In this document: positions 10,247 to 18,890 of the stretch, in pieces
How positions within the stretch are numbered: position 1 is the stretch's first letter
Layout: each line of letters begins with the position of its first letter
Source of the DNA: an uncultured Planctomycetota bacterium
Lineage (GTDB): Bacteria; Planctomycetota; Planctomycetia; Pirellulales; Lacipirellulaceae
Direction: 5' to 3'
NCBI GenBank assembly: GCA_963733705.1
Contig: CAVTEJ010000014.1
Location: forward strand, 10,943 to 74,942
DNA length: 64,000 nt
Translations under genes and position numbers: made by a program
The notes under the pieces: model-generated
Seen by the model: only the letters and a program-made list of their open reading frames with translations
Databases searched by the model: none
What the model was told of the DNA's origin: nothing

Positions 10247-11089
10247 GTGAAAACCAATCTCTTCGCAATCATCGCAGCGCTCGTCTTTTCCACAACAACC
10301 TTCGCACACGGCGACGACGGCTTCGGCCATTCAGGTGATTTCGGGCTCGGCGGCCTGGGCGACCTCGGCCTCTCCGGCTTCGGCGGCCATCACGGCGGAT
10401 TCGGAGGCTTTGGCGGCGACCTGAGCATCAACCTCACCGATAACGTCGACCTCCTTCAAACGCATTTTCAAACTCGTTTCGACAGCCTCAAAACGAAATA
10501 CGACGATGGTGTGGCCAATACGACCGACTTCTTCACGTCCATCACGTACGACAATATCGTCAATAAGGCCCAGTCCCTAACCGACCGCTACGATTTTTTC
10601 GTCAATGGCGTGCAGAATACGATCGATCGTCTCGGCAATATGATTTCCAACGCCAATGACGATGTCACGTTCTACGCCAACCTGCTTACGAATTATCAAA
10701 GCGACACGAGCATTTCAGCCTCCAAACTCGGTCGCATCGAACTCGTGATCAACCGAATTACCGATCGATTGAATTCGAAGATCGATACGCTCTCGACCGA
10801 GCAAACCACGTTGCAAACGAATCTGCCAACTTACCAGACGTTTCAAACCGACCTGAATACGTTCCTGTCCGACATCCAAACCGCCGGCGGCAGCACAGGC
10901 ACAACCACTTCTGGCCTAAAAGCGATGCTAACTTCTCGCTCGCTCTCGGCATCCAGTAGCGCCAGTTTGTGCGATTCGTCCTCAACGCCGCTCACGTCGA
11001 CGTCCGTGCCCGAGCCTTCGTTCGTCGGCTTGCTGCTGATGGCAAGCGCAGGAATTCCACTCGTCCGACATCGCCGTCGCCGCAATTAA
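10247..11089 (+). CDS. Secreted Gly-rich/coiled-coil protein with PEP-CTERM anchor
   Basis: GTG at 10247 gives the signal peptide VKTNLFAIIAALVFSTTTFAHG. Then a GFGG-rich tract and a helical T/Q/N-rich region. C-terminus is VPEPSFVGLLLMASAGIPLVRHRRRRN. Confidence 0.7.
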   Translation: MKTNLFAIIAALVFSTTTFAHGDDGFGHSGDFGLGGLGDLGLSGFGGHHGGFGGFGGDLSINLTDNVDLLQTHFQTRFDSLKTKYDDGVANTTDFFTSITYDNIVNKAQSLTDRYDFFVNGVQNTIDRLGNMISNANDDVTFYANLLTNYQSDTSISASKLGRIELVINRITDRLNSKIDTLSTEQTTLQTNLPTYQTFQTDLNTFLSDIQTAGGSTGTTTSGLKAMLTSRSLSASSSASLCDSSSTPLTSTSVPEPSFVGLLLMASAGIPLVRHRRRRN

Positions 11090-11141
11090 ATGTCGCCGGA
11101 AAGCAACTAGTGCTCTGTCACGCTTGATTTGATGTGTAGCT

Positions 11142-11171
11142 GAACTCGCAAGAGTTCGGAAACCACCCGCC
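11142..11171 (+). repeat. Short variant of the recurrent 3' element (AACTCG...GGAAACCACCCGCC)
   Basis: About 50 nt after the stop of the plus-strand PEP-CTERM gene. It has the same orientation relative to its gene as the minus-strand copies. Confidence 0.3.
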
Positions 11172-11401
11172 AGCACTCTTCCGCACGAAGGCTTGCAATC
11201 AACTCTTGCGCAAAACTTCCAACGTCCCCTACGTAGGCGAGTTTCTCCGATCGAAGATTCGCCGTGGCGAAAACTCGCACCAAAACGGCTCGCCCCACGC
11301 GCCCCACGCCGCCACCCATCTATGTCCCAATGACCGGATCCGCGCTTGGCAACAAGAATCAATCCGGTATTTTCACCCCCGAGAGGGGCAACGAACTTAG
11401 C

Positions 11402-11421
11402 CGGTGGCTTCAGCCACCGGA
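11402..11421. repeat. Hairpin CCGGTGGCTTCAGCCACCGG
   Basis: 8-bp perfect stem with a 4-nt loop, just 3' of the IS110 transposase stop. Either REP-like or a terminator. Confidence 0.4.
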
Positions 11422-11468
11422 ACGCATTCGTTTAGTGCGGCCAAGCCCTGAAGCGACTGTGTTGATTT

Positions 11469-12437
11469 TCAAGTGGGCATTGCAGTATTCCTCCAAGGAG
11501 TTTTGTTACGCACCATGGCGTTTAGGATCGTAAGCAGTTTTCGCATGCAGGCGGTGATTGCTACGCGGTAACATTTACCTGCCTGGCGAAGACGAGTGTA
11601 GAACGTACGAATTTGAGGATTGCAGCGCATGGCATTGAAGGCTGCCATGTAGAGAGTGGCGCGAACGGCGCTGCGTCCGCCGAAGATCGTGCGGTGTCCG
11701 CGAAGCTTACCGCTATCACGATTGAGCGGTGCTACGCCGACGAGCTTGGCGATCTGCTTGTGGCCGAGCTCTCCTAACTCAGGCAGTTCCGCCAAGAGGG
11801 CGTGGCTGGTGGCCGTGGCGATTCCGGCAACTGACTGCAGAATCTGATCGCGCTCGCGCCACTGCTGGTCGCCTGCAATCAACTCGGCCAGCTGCTTGTT
11901 GACAGCGGCAATCTGTTCCTCCAGAACCGCGAGTACCGCCTCAATCGAACGCAGCAGTTCGTCACGCCGGGTCTGATGATGACGGTTCGTCTCGGCCGTA
12001 TGGAGTTCGATCAGTTGCCGCCGACGAGCGGCCAGGTCGGCGAAAAAACGCTGGTTTTCGCTCGCCAGAGGTCGCACCGCGGGCCGGATGTCGTGCGCGT
12101 AGCGGGCGATCACGCGCGCATCGAGCGCATCGGTCTTGGCTAATTCACCAACGGCAATCGCGAATGCACGCAGTTGCCGCGGATTGGCCAGAACGACCGG
12201 CAAGCCGGCTTCGGCCAGGTACGCCACCAGGGCCGTCTCATAACCACCGGTGGCTTCGACCACCACCAGCGCGGCGCCACGCATTGCCTCGACTAGCTCT
12301 TCGAGGCCCGACTCCGCATTCTCCACGGTGATCACTTGCGGAATGCCGTGGCAATTCGCGTCGAGCTTTTTCGACGCGACATCGACGCCCCAAAACGATC
12401 CATTGGACTCTCGATGGATCGTGTTAAAATCCTGCAT
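11469..12437 (-). CDS. IS110-family transposase (DEDD/RuvC-like N-domain plus Transposase_20 C-domain)
   Basis: ATG at 12437 (MQDFNTIH) with an AAGGAAGG RBS. Motifs: WGVDVASKKLD, VVVEATGGYE, KTDALDARVIARYA. C-terminal: LQSVAGIATATSHALLAELPELG...GVAPLNRDSGKLRG. Confidence 0.9.
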   Translation of the reverse strand: MQDFNTIHRESNGSFWGVDVASKKLDANCHGIPQVITVENAESGLEELVEAMRGAALVVVEATGGYETALVAYLAEAGLPVVLANPRQLRAFAIAVGELAKTDALDARVIARYAHDIRPAVRPLASENQRFFADLAARRRQLIELHTAETNRHHQTRRDELLRSIEAVLAVLEEQIAAVNKQLAELIAGDQQWRERDQILQSVAGIATATSHALLAELPELGELGHKQIAKLVGVAPLNRDSGKLRGHRTIFGGRSAVRATLYMAAFNAMRCNPQIRTFYTRLRQAGKCYRVAITACMRKLLTILNAMVRNKTPWRNTAMPT

Positions 12438-12572
12438 GGTGGGAGACCCCTTCCTTGCAAATACGGGCTGATTGCCCAAGCGACTGTTCGGGTTAAACAC
12501 CATCGCGGCCGGGGATCACGCTTCAGGACGGTGTCACGAGCACCTAAGGGCGACCGATCTCCCGACCGCGTT

Positions 12573-12609
12573 TTTTGTTTTTCACCCCCATGGGGGCGAA
12601 AAACAAAAC
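12573..12609. repeat. Long near-perfect hairpin TTTTGTTTTTCACCCCC-AT-GGGGGCGAAAAACAAAA
   Basis: 17-bp stem with one mismatch and a 2-nt loop. It contains the right copy of the TTTTCACCCCC direct repeat. REP-like or a bidirectional terminator. Confidence 0.6.
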
Positions 12610-12659
12610 TCATCCGCTAACGCAGATGCGAGTGAATATACACTCTCTGCGAACATACA

Positions 12660-14130
12660 AGGGCCAGCCCTTTTAACGTGACGTTCGTTCAGCAATAAGT
12701 TGAGCGGTGGAGACGTGTCCGCCGTTGTTGTATTTGGATTTCTGAGGTGGTTTCTTCTTAGGACCGCGACTGTGTTTTTTGTAGCGAGCGAGTTTCATCC
12801 GACGGGCGATGTCGCGCAGCGTTGTGGCGAACTCGTCGTCCGACTGCGTTGCGAACGTACGCCAGTGCTTCGGTGGGATCGCGATCTGCATCCCGTCCTA
12901 TGCCCCACGGATCTCCAGCGACAGGTAGTAGGTCGAGACCTCATCTCGCGGCCGTGTTCGCAGCCAATGGCCGCTTCCACCAAGGCCACGGCGTTGTAGG
13001 CCAACAATCCCAGACAGAGCGCGAACAGCGCCGCCGCCGGGTAGCCGAGGGTCGAGATTTCCGATTCGAATGCCCGCTCGATCTCGAAGAACACGCGTTC
13101 AATTGTCCACCGGTTGCGGTACAACTCGGCGATCCTCTCGGCCGAGGCGGCTTCGGCCGGAAGGTTCGACAGAATGTGGATCTCCAGATCCCCGTCCCGC
13201 GTCGGTTGGTTCAACTCCACCGTTACCCGGCGGAGGACGAGTTCTTTCCCGGTCGCCGGTTCGCTCAGGGCAATCGCCTGCTCGGAGACGATTCCCGTTT
13301 CCGTTCTCCCGCCGCGCCGGCGGCGGCCGACGAGGCGGCCTTTGAGCTGGCCGTGTTGCCGCAACACGAACGAGGCCTGCTTCCGGTGCATGTCAAAGAT
13401 CAGCGGCAGTGTGCAGAAGTTGCGGTCGGCGATCCACAATTCGCCAGGCTGGACCGTCTCGATCACTTGGCCGATCAGGCGACGCTCTTGGGCTTGGCCA
13501 TCCTCGGTAAGAAATACGTCGCGCACCAATCCCTTCGCCTGGTCGAAGACGACCAGGGCCTTGCCTGGCAGCGGCGCGGCCCAGGTGCGGCGGAGGTCCT
13601 CGATCCGGTGCTCGGTTGCCCCGAGGTGAAGGCCATCCAGAATCCGCACTTTGTATCCCGAAAGCCACGAAGATTCTGTCGCGCGGAGCTTGCGGATCAC
13701 CGGTTCGGCACGCTCGAACGAGTTACGCACCAAGGCTTCCGACACCTCGAGCTCCATTCGATCCAGCTTGCGGTAAACGGCCGTGACGCTCACGGGAATC
13801 TCGTCCGCTTGCGACTGATAGGCCGCATGCACCGACGGCTGCTTTCCCAAAACCACCTCGCTCATCAGTTCGACCAGCGTCGAAAACAGCAATTCTTTTG
13901 TGTATTGTGCCTTCGCCGTCTGTGCGGACAGTTCATTCAATCGATCGGCATCCAACAGACGCTCCAAGGCACAGCGGGCCATGACACCTACCGGACGGGT
14001 TTTCAAAAACGGCTCAAACACTCGGCTCAGCAACATCCTTGTCGCCCTCGCTGGGTTAGGGATTGTCGGGAAGAGCCGAAGGATAACAAAAACTTGGCAA
14101 CTCGCTACCAACGTTAAAAGGGCTGGCCCT
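12660..14130 (-). mobile_element. IS4-family insertion sequence, 1471 bp, with 20-bp perfect terminal inverted repeats
   Basis: AGGGCCAGCCCTTTTAACGT at 12660-12679 is the exact reverse complement of 14111-14130. No matching target-site duplication is visible in the flanks. Confidence 0.8.
12673..14036 (-). pseudogene. IS4-family DDE transposase, disrupted by a frameshift and an in-frame TAG
   Basis: ATG at 14036 (MLLSRVFEPF). DDE region: LWIADRNFCT, YRNRWTIERVFFEIE. Near 12945 the sense frame moves to ...DEVSTYYLSLEIRGA. A TAG follows at 12898-12900, then DGMQIAIPPKHW...HVSTAQLI (ORF 12673..12891). Confidence 0.8.
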
Positions 14131-14285
14131 ACGGGGTTTCGCCGGAAACCGCCACAATGTAGAATCAACGATCACGGCACAGCCATCAAACGGAGATGCG
14201 CGCTCGGCGGCTCCGCCGCGTGCCGTGGCGGGTTTTGACCATTCGGGACGCAACATTTCGTGTTCAAAATCCATTCGTTCGCTCC

Positions 14286-14324
14286 GCCAGCGTAGCTTCA
14301 ATTGGCAGAGCACCGCATTCGTAA
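14286..14324 (+). pseudogene. tRNA-Thr(CGU) 5' half (acceptor 5' strand, D-arm, anticodon stem 5' strand and loop), truncated
   Basis: GCCAGCG-TA-GCTT-CAATTGGCA-GAGC-A-CCGCA-TTCGTAA. The following TAGTA cannot pair with CCGCA, and there is no T-arm or 3' acceptor strand downstream. Confidence 0.5.
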
Positions 14325-14444
14325 TAGTAAATGGCGACTTTTCGCTGTCGTCTGAAAAACGCGAGAAATGCCTTGTTTTACAGCGCGAAAACGGCTTTTC
14401 CGGTTTTTTGAATAGGACCCAAAAAGGTCCAAAAAGAGCTGCTT

Positions 14445-14464
14445 GCGGGTGTATATACACCCGC
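14445..14464. repeat. Perfect 20-nt palindrome GCGGGTGTATATACACCCGC
   Basis: Read directly from non-coding DNA between the tRNA fragment and the 3' end of the Zn-ribbon gene. Confidence 0.7.
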
Positions 14465-14667
14465 TGTTATCGCCGCCCTTGGTGCCCGCTGCACACCGAA
14501 TCTACTTCAGATCTCGGTCGCTAACCTCCATTCGGCAAGTGCCGCCGCAAGCTGAAGCCGCAGTCACGGCGTGGGGATCATCGCAGTCAACACATGCATC
14601 TGTAAGAGCGTCAAGCAACCCATGAATCTCGGATGGGATTGTTAATTGACGCACACGGTACGCCGCT

Positions 14668-15099
14668 TCAATCCGATAAGTCCACATCGTCCCAATCTTC
14701 GTCATCGAAATCCATCTCGGCCCAGGCCGGGCAGTCGTGCCCGGTGGGCGGATTAGCCTGGAACAATTCTCCGCACAGAGAGCACCATAACTGTCCGCAC
14801 TCAAGGCATCGGGCCACGCAGGGATCTTCGATCTCCGGATCGTTTTCACAGTCGTGCGTGCTGGAACTGCCGCACCCTGGGCAGTCACCGATCATGACCC
14901 GATTGACGAAATCTTCGCCGGTGGTGCTCTGTTCGAACGCGTTGCGAAGTTCGTTGATCGCCTCGGGACCTATACTGGACAGCACATCCTTTACGGCGGC
15001 CTGTTCGACAGCGGTTGGTTCCTCCTCCACCTCGGCTTCGCAGTGGGGACAGAAGTTTGCGGCGTCTGGAATTTGTTTCTGGCAGCTCCAGCAGATCAT
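14668..15099 (-). CDS. Zinc-ribbon domain protein with acidic C-terminus
   Basis: ATG at 15099 (MICWSCQKQIPDAANFCPHCEAE) with an AGGAG RBS. A second Cys cluster is CPGCG...CLECGQLWCSLCG. Tail is DFDDEDWDDVDLSD. Confidence 0.6.
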   Translation of the reverse strand: MICWSCQKQIPDAANFCPHCEAEVEEEPTAVEQAAVKDVLSSIGPEAINELRNAFEQSTTGEDFVNRVMIGDCPGCGSSSTHDCENDPEIEDPCVARCLECGQLWCSLCGELFQANPPTGHDCPAWAEMDFDDEDWDDVDLSD

Positions 15100-15168
15100 G
15101 GTCAAAACTCCTGTATCGTCGCCAACATTCTCCGCTTCCAAGGACGCACACCAGCAGGGCATTCCCGC

Positions 15169-15662
15169 TCACGGCAATATAAAATATTTCCCGAATAAGT
15201 CCACGCAAACTTCGTAGTGGTGATCGCCCAAGTTCGAGCGGCCTGGCTGACGGACGAGGAAGTCCGCAAAGCCGGCAAAACCATCGTGCTGAAGGCGAGC
15301 CTGATAGATAAACGGGGCGCAGCTCGCATCGCTTCAACTGTCCGGACCACCTTTTGATCGTCCGCTATCCCGCTGGCGATTTCTAAAACTTCATGGCCAT
15401 CTGTCCGAAGCTTTGCCAGATAGGCTGCTTCGTACTCCTGGCCCTTAGCAGCAATGAGTTTTAATTCAGCGTCCGGCTCATCAGGGACGCACGTGATGCC
15501 ATCAATCGTCAGTCCCAGCGGCAATCCTGCAGCCGTAGCCATCGCCGGATTACCGTTCCGGCATTCAAGGTGCCAGCGTTCCATCCACGCGACGTAATCG
15601 CCGTCCATATAGACGACGAGGTCGCTCGGCGAAAAGACAAGCCTGCCGCTGGCGTAGTGCAT
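15169..15662 (-). pseudogene. RecB-like (PD-(D/E)XK, TM0106-type) nuclease, N-terminal remnant, frameshifted and truncated
   Basis: MHYASGRLVFSPSDLVVYMDGDYVAWMERWHLE...TVEAMRA. After a frame change near 15320 it continues PFIYQARLQHDGFAGFADFLVRQPGRSNLGDHHYEV and stops at 15169. The family assignment is from memory of the SPSDL / IYQA / ADFL / LG..YEV pattern. Confidence 0.4.
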
Positions 15663-15863
15663 GCCGGAATCGCCGCTGAGAGCAAGTGCCACAAACTTAG
15701 ATTGAGACTAGCCCAGTATCGTTGACGATGGGGCAAACCGCCAGCAGATAGGGCAACCTACCTCCACTCCTAGGATTGATGCCTCAACTTCAACTGAACC
15801 GCGAACCATAACCACCCGCGACAGGCTTGCTCCAGAGAGCGTCCGGCTGAAGTCTTACCCCGC

Positions 15864-16163
15864 TCACTTCTTGGCCAGCAAGCCAATGACCTTCTCAATT
15901 TCGCTCGAGTCAAACGCACGAGCCGTGGACGTGTGGACGTTGTCTTGCGATGACAGATTCAGCATAGCGGCGGTTGCTGTTTCGTCGTTAGGAGCGTCAA
16001 AAATCAGGACGCCGTCCGAATCGCCGAGGGTCCAATAGGTGCCCGTGACTTTGATGCCCATTTTCTTTGCCGCTGTTCTGAAGGCGGCTGCCCGTTTGGG
16101 CGATCCTTGAATATCCTGGATGCCCTTTTCCGTGAATTTGATCGTGGTGATGTAAGTCGCCAT
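15864..16163 (-). CDS. GYD domain-containing protein
   Basis: 99 aa. MATYITTIKFTEKGIQDI...KVTGTYWTLGDSDGVLIFDAPNDETA fits the GYD family layout. Confidence 0.8.
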   Translation of the reverse strand: MATYITTIKFTEKGIQDIQGSPKRAAAFRTAAKKMGIKVTGTYWTLGDSDGVLIFDAPNDETATAAMLNLSSQDNVHTSTARAFDSSEIEKVIGLLAKK

Positions 16164-16440
16164 GGGATGCTCCTCGTTTGTGGAAATGAAATCGGATGGT
16201 GGTCGATGCGTCTGTCTTCGCCGTCAAGTTAATCAAGATCGGCCGGCGGCGTTCCCTCGCGGTGTCTGTCCTGCGCCAGTTGATACGTGATGCCAAGCAG
16301 CACCGGCCGAGCCCTACTATGTATCTAAGCGGGGAGCATCTGGCAATCACCAGCTCCGCTTTGTCGTGCGAGGCTTAATACCGGCACTCGTCAGCTGTTC
16401 GTTGATCGTGTCTGGCCTTCTGGGATTGTCCGAATCCGGA

Positions 16441-16695
16441 TCAGTCGAAGAACTGCCTGCAGGAATTGCAGTAGTACTTCCCTGGCGGCTCGTTAGCAAC
16501 GAGGGTTGCTTTGGTTGTTGCAGCGGCAATATTGATCGTACGGCCGATGACCCCGCACAATACTTGTGCGGTATCGTGCGATCCACAATGAGAGCACATC
16601 GGCAGACAATCATCTTCGATTGATCGTATGGTGTCTTTAATGCCTGGATATTCGGTCTCGATCTGATTCAAGCGGTCTTCATCGATTCTCAACAT
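16441..16695 (-). CDS. Small zinc-ribbon protein, function unknown
   Basis: 84 aa with CSHCGS and YCNSCRQFF as paired CxxC motifs. Confidence 0.5.
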   Translation of the reverse strand: MLRIDEDRLNQIETEYPGIKDTIRSIEDDCLPMCSHCGSHDTAQVLCGVIGRTINIAAATTKATLVANEPPGKYYCNSCRQFFD

Positions 16696-16994
16696 CGCAT
16701 CAGCCCTCTACTCTTCGAAGTCCCTCAACGAGCTAAGTACTTCACTGAGCACTGCGGCGGGTTTTACTTCCAGATCGGTCTTTTTTCGAGTTGACTCCTT
16801 GGATATCAACCAAAAGCTACCATAAAAGTCCGAAACCATAATCGTTACTCGATCTTCCTTGCGAAGTCTCGTGGAGCTTTGCAACGCATCGACGACCGCG
16901 TCGGCTATCGGATGAATTGGCGTATCTGATAATCGAGCGGAAGAAAGCAGTCGATGCGCTCAACAAGATCCATTAAGTTCGGGCCGCTTCCGAC

Positions 16995-17456
16995 ATGAAA
17001 CACCGTGCTCTGCGAATCGCGTGGTCGGTGACGTGGGGAATCGTGGCTGTGCTGCTGGTCGTGCTTTGGGTGCGGAGCTATTACAGTAGGGACTGCGCCC
17101 TTTACAAATTCGGGCGGCCGGAGGTTCGTTTCGATACGTATATCGGTGTGATGCGCCTCAGGCATAATGTCTTCGACGACGACGCTGGGGAGGATGGCTT
17201 AACTTATTATTCGCTCGACCCTGAAGTGTTCAGTGACATCATTCATTCCGAAATCACCAGCGTTTATTTTCCGAGGGTAGTCGAATTCGCATTTGACTAC
17301 TCTTACTTTCTCGTGCCCTATTGGTTTGCCGTATCGACCCTAGCGGCTATCGCAGGTGCCCCTTGGCTCCGCTGGCGTTTCCGTCTCCGCACACTCCTAA
17401 TCGCCACGACACTCGTTGCCATCGGGCTGGGGCTGGTCGTGTGGGCGGTACATTAG
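16995..17456 (+). CDS. Small 3-TM membrane protein, array paralog 1
   Basis: N-terminus MKHRALRIAWSVTWGIVAVLLVVLWVRSY, a variable core, then PYWFAVSTLAAIAGAPWL and RFRLRTLLIATTLVAIGLGLVVW. Confidence 0.75.
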   Translation: MKHRALRIAWSVTWGIVAVLLVVLWVRSYYSRDCALYKFGRPEVRFDTYIGVMRLRHNVFDDDAGEDGLTYYSLDPEVFSDIIHSEITSVYFPRVVEFAFDYSYFLVPYWFAVSTLAAIAGAPWLRWRFRLRTLLIATTLVAIGLGLVVWAVH

Positions 17457-17459
17457 GCT

Positions 17460-17479
17460 CGTGCGCGGTAGGATGGGGG
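17460..17479 (+). repeat. Array motif m1 (CGTGCGCGGTAGGATGGGGG) directly before a mini-ORF ATG
   Basis: One of 4 good copies plus 1 degenerate copy (at 17701). It contains a TAGGAT/TAGAAT hexamer and a G-rich stretch 1-3 nt from the ATG. Confidence 0.5.
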
Positions 17480-17480
17480 C

Positions 17481-17678
17481 ATGAAAAACTCGCACATGCT
17501 GATCCTTGCCGCAGTGATTGGAGCCGGTTGCTCAGTTTTGGCGAGCATCGGAACGCAGCGCTGGATCATAGCGGGCATCAGTGTCGCTTCCGCCGTCATG
17601 TTTGGTCTGTTAAGCACTAAGAACGCTCGCAAAAAAATAAACAGCGACCCGGAAAATAATTCCCCATCAGCGTACTAA
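17481..17678 (+). CDS. Mini membrane protein (2 predicted TM helices)
   Basis: 65 aa: MKNSHMLILAAVIGAGCSVLAS...IIAGISVASAVMFGLL. Preceded by m1 and followed by m2. Confidence 0.5.
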   Translation: MKNSHMLILAAVIGAGCSVLASIGTQRWIIAGISVASAVMFGLLSTKNARKKINSDPENNSPSAY

Positions 17679-17790
17679 TAGGACGGCTCATCCTTTTCCA
17701 TGCGCCGTGGTATCATTGGGACGGAAAACGCCAAGATCGGTTGCCCTACGGCGAACTGGTTCTAGGGCCAATCTCTGAAAGGGTGATGTC

Positions 17791-18003
17791 ATGGGCACGC
17801 CAACTCCGCTCTTGTTCTTTTTAAGTGTTGTCGCGCCATTCGTTTTGGTGCCGCTGATCGCAGTGATTATCATTCAAGCTCGGAAATACACTTGTTATCG
17901 ACATGAGCTTGAATTTAAGCGCGAGATGGTGGAGCGCGGTCTGAGTGTCGATGAAATTGAGCGCCTTGTATCTGCCAAGTCACCAATCGACCGCCAGAAA
18001 TAA
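17791..18003 (+). CDS. Mini membrane protein (1 TM plus a charged helical tail)
   Basis: 70 aa: PLLFFLSVVAPFVLVPLIAVIIIQ, then ELEFKREMVERGLSVDEIERL. Followed by motif m2. Confidence 0.45.
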   Translation: MGTPTPLLFFLSVVAPFVLVPLIAVIIIQARKYTCYRHELEFKREMVERGLSVDEIERLVSAKSPIDRQK

Positions 18004-18041
18004 TTCCTAGCGACACACTAATCCGACAGTGCCGGCTTTTT

Positions 18042-18061
18042 CGTGCGCGGTAGAATCGGAG
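18042..18061 (+). repeat. Array motif m1 copy (CGTGCGCGGTAGAATCGGAG)
   Basis: Lies directly after an m2 copy with no paralog gene between them. An ATG follows at 18064. The downstream coding frame is ambiguous: two overlapping ORFs, one ending in the TM-like YWILGAAVLLFLALLATLVAVVVYR. Confidence 0.45.
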
Positions 18062-18237
18062 CCATGCTCACCAGCCGCCTTCTGTCTCTGCTCGCCCAAC
18101 CCGGTTCCGCGACCGTCAAGTACGATCTCTTTAGCATCGACCTACTGGATACTCGGCGCAGCCGTCCTGCTGTTTCTGGCATTGCTGGCGACCCTTGTTG
18201 CCGTGGTGGTATATCGGTAGCGACGGCGGAAGTAGCA

Positions 18238-18258
18238 CGTGCGTGGTAGAATCGTGGG
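18238..18258 (+). repeat. Array motif m1 copy (CGTGCGTGGTAGAATCGTGGG)
   Basis: Followed by a degenerate mini-ORF. One frame of it reads RRRQSLRITKGELLITLVLFAAAFAYYAYILRK, which echoes the FSLRTLLI motif. Confidence 0.45.
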
Positions 18259-18419
18259 AATGGGAATCATCAGCCCCGCTCACGTTCTGATATTCGCCGT
18301 AGACAGTCGCTGCGAATCACGAAGGGCGAACTGCTAATCACTCTAGTCTTGTTCGCAGCGGCGTTCGCCTACTACGCTTACATCTTGCGGAAATAATCCC
18401 CAGCGCATTAGTAGGACCG

Positions 18420-18887
18420 ATGAAATACCGCAGACTGCGAATCGCATGGTCGGTCGGGTGGGGCATGGCGGCGGTGCTGATGATCGCGTTGTGGGTGCGA
18501 AGCTATTGGATATGGGACCGGTGCTACTGGCCCGGATTGCCACGAACGCAACTGGGTACTCAACTTAGTTCCGATTCCGGCCATACCGTGACAGTCATCT
18601 CACCGCGTGTCGCAACTAGTTCGGGCTCATTAATAACTATCAGTCGCCCCGGCCCCGCTCCAACTGCATACCAAGCCCTTTATTCAAAAGAGACGTTTGG
18701 ATTCTATTTCACAAGAACGCCTACCCTATTTAGATTTGATCTCCCCTACTGGTCTCCGGTGACTGCCAGCTTGGCTCTTGGCCTAGCGCCATGGTTGATC
18801 CGGCCGCGCTTCAGCCTTCGCACTCTGCTCGTCGCCACGACGCTCGCTGCTGTTGGGCTGGGGCTGATCGTGTGGCTCGCGAGATAA
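18420..18887 (+). CDS. Small 3-TM membrane protein, array paralog 2
   Basis: MKYRRLRIAWSVGWGMAAVLMIALWVRSY ... PYWSPVTASLALGLAPWL ... RFSLRTLLVATTLAAVGLGLIVW. Confidence 0.75.
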   Translation: MKYRRLRIAWSVGWGMAAVLMIALWVRSYWIWDRCYWPGLPRTQLGTQLSSDSGHTVTVISPRVATSSGSLITISRPGPAPTAYQALYSKETFGFYFTRTPTLFRFDLPYWSPVTASLALGLAPWLIRPRFSLRTLLVATTLAAVGLGLIVWLAR

Positions 18888-18890
18888 CAA

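Larger units (their letters stand above)
11371..12589 (-). mobile_element. IS110-family insertion sequence (boundaries tentative)
   Basis: The transposase gene, about 87 nt of 3' sequence and about 140 nt of 5' non-coding sequence are bracketed by the direct repeat TTTTCACCCCC (11371-11381 and 12579-12589). Each repeat copy is part of a small hairpin. No terminal inverted repeats are seen, as expected for IS110. Confidence 0.6.

Noticed and set aside
9838-10293. 151-aa minus-strand ORF ending one nucleotide before the sulfotransferase ATG
   Set aside because: Third-position GC in the stretch I counted is near 50 percent, versus about two-thirds in neighbouring real genes. Its 5' end would overlap the divergent secreted-protein gene, and no family is recognisable. 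I treat it as an intergenic promoter region.
12890-12960. Programmed ribosomal frameshift in the IS4 transposase
   Set aside because: IS4-family transposases are not known to use frameshifting, there is no slippery heptamer at the junction, and an in-frame TAG follows in the corrected frame.
12822-14117. 431-aa plus-strand ORF inside the IS4 element
   Set aside because: It is antisense to the DDE transposase, whose motifs and orientation relative to the inverted repeats are clear.
14286-14360. An intact tRNA gene
   Set aside because: Only the 5' half folds. The five nucleotides after the anticodon loop cannot pair with the stem, and no T-arm (GGTTCGAATCC-like) or acceptor 3' strand follows.
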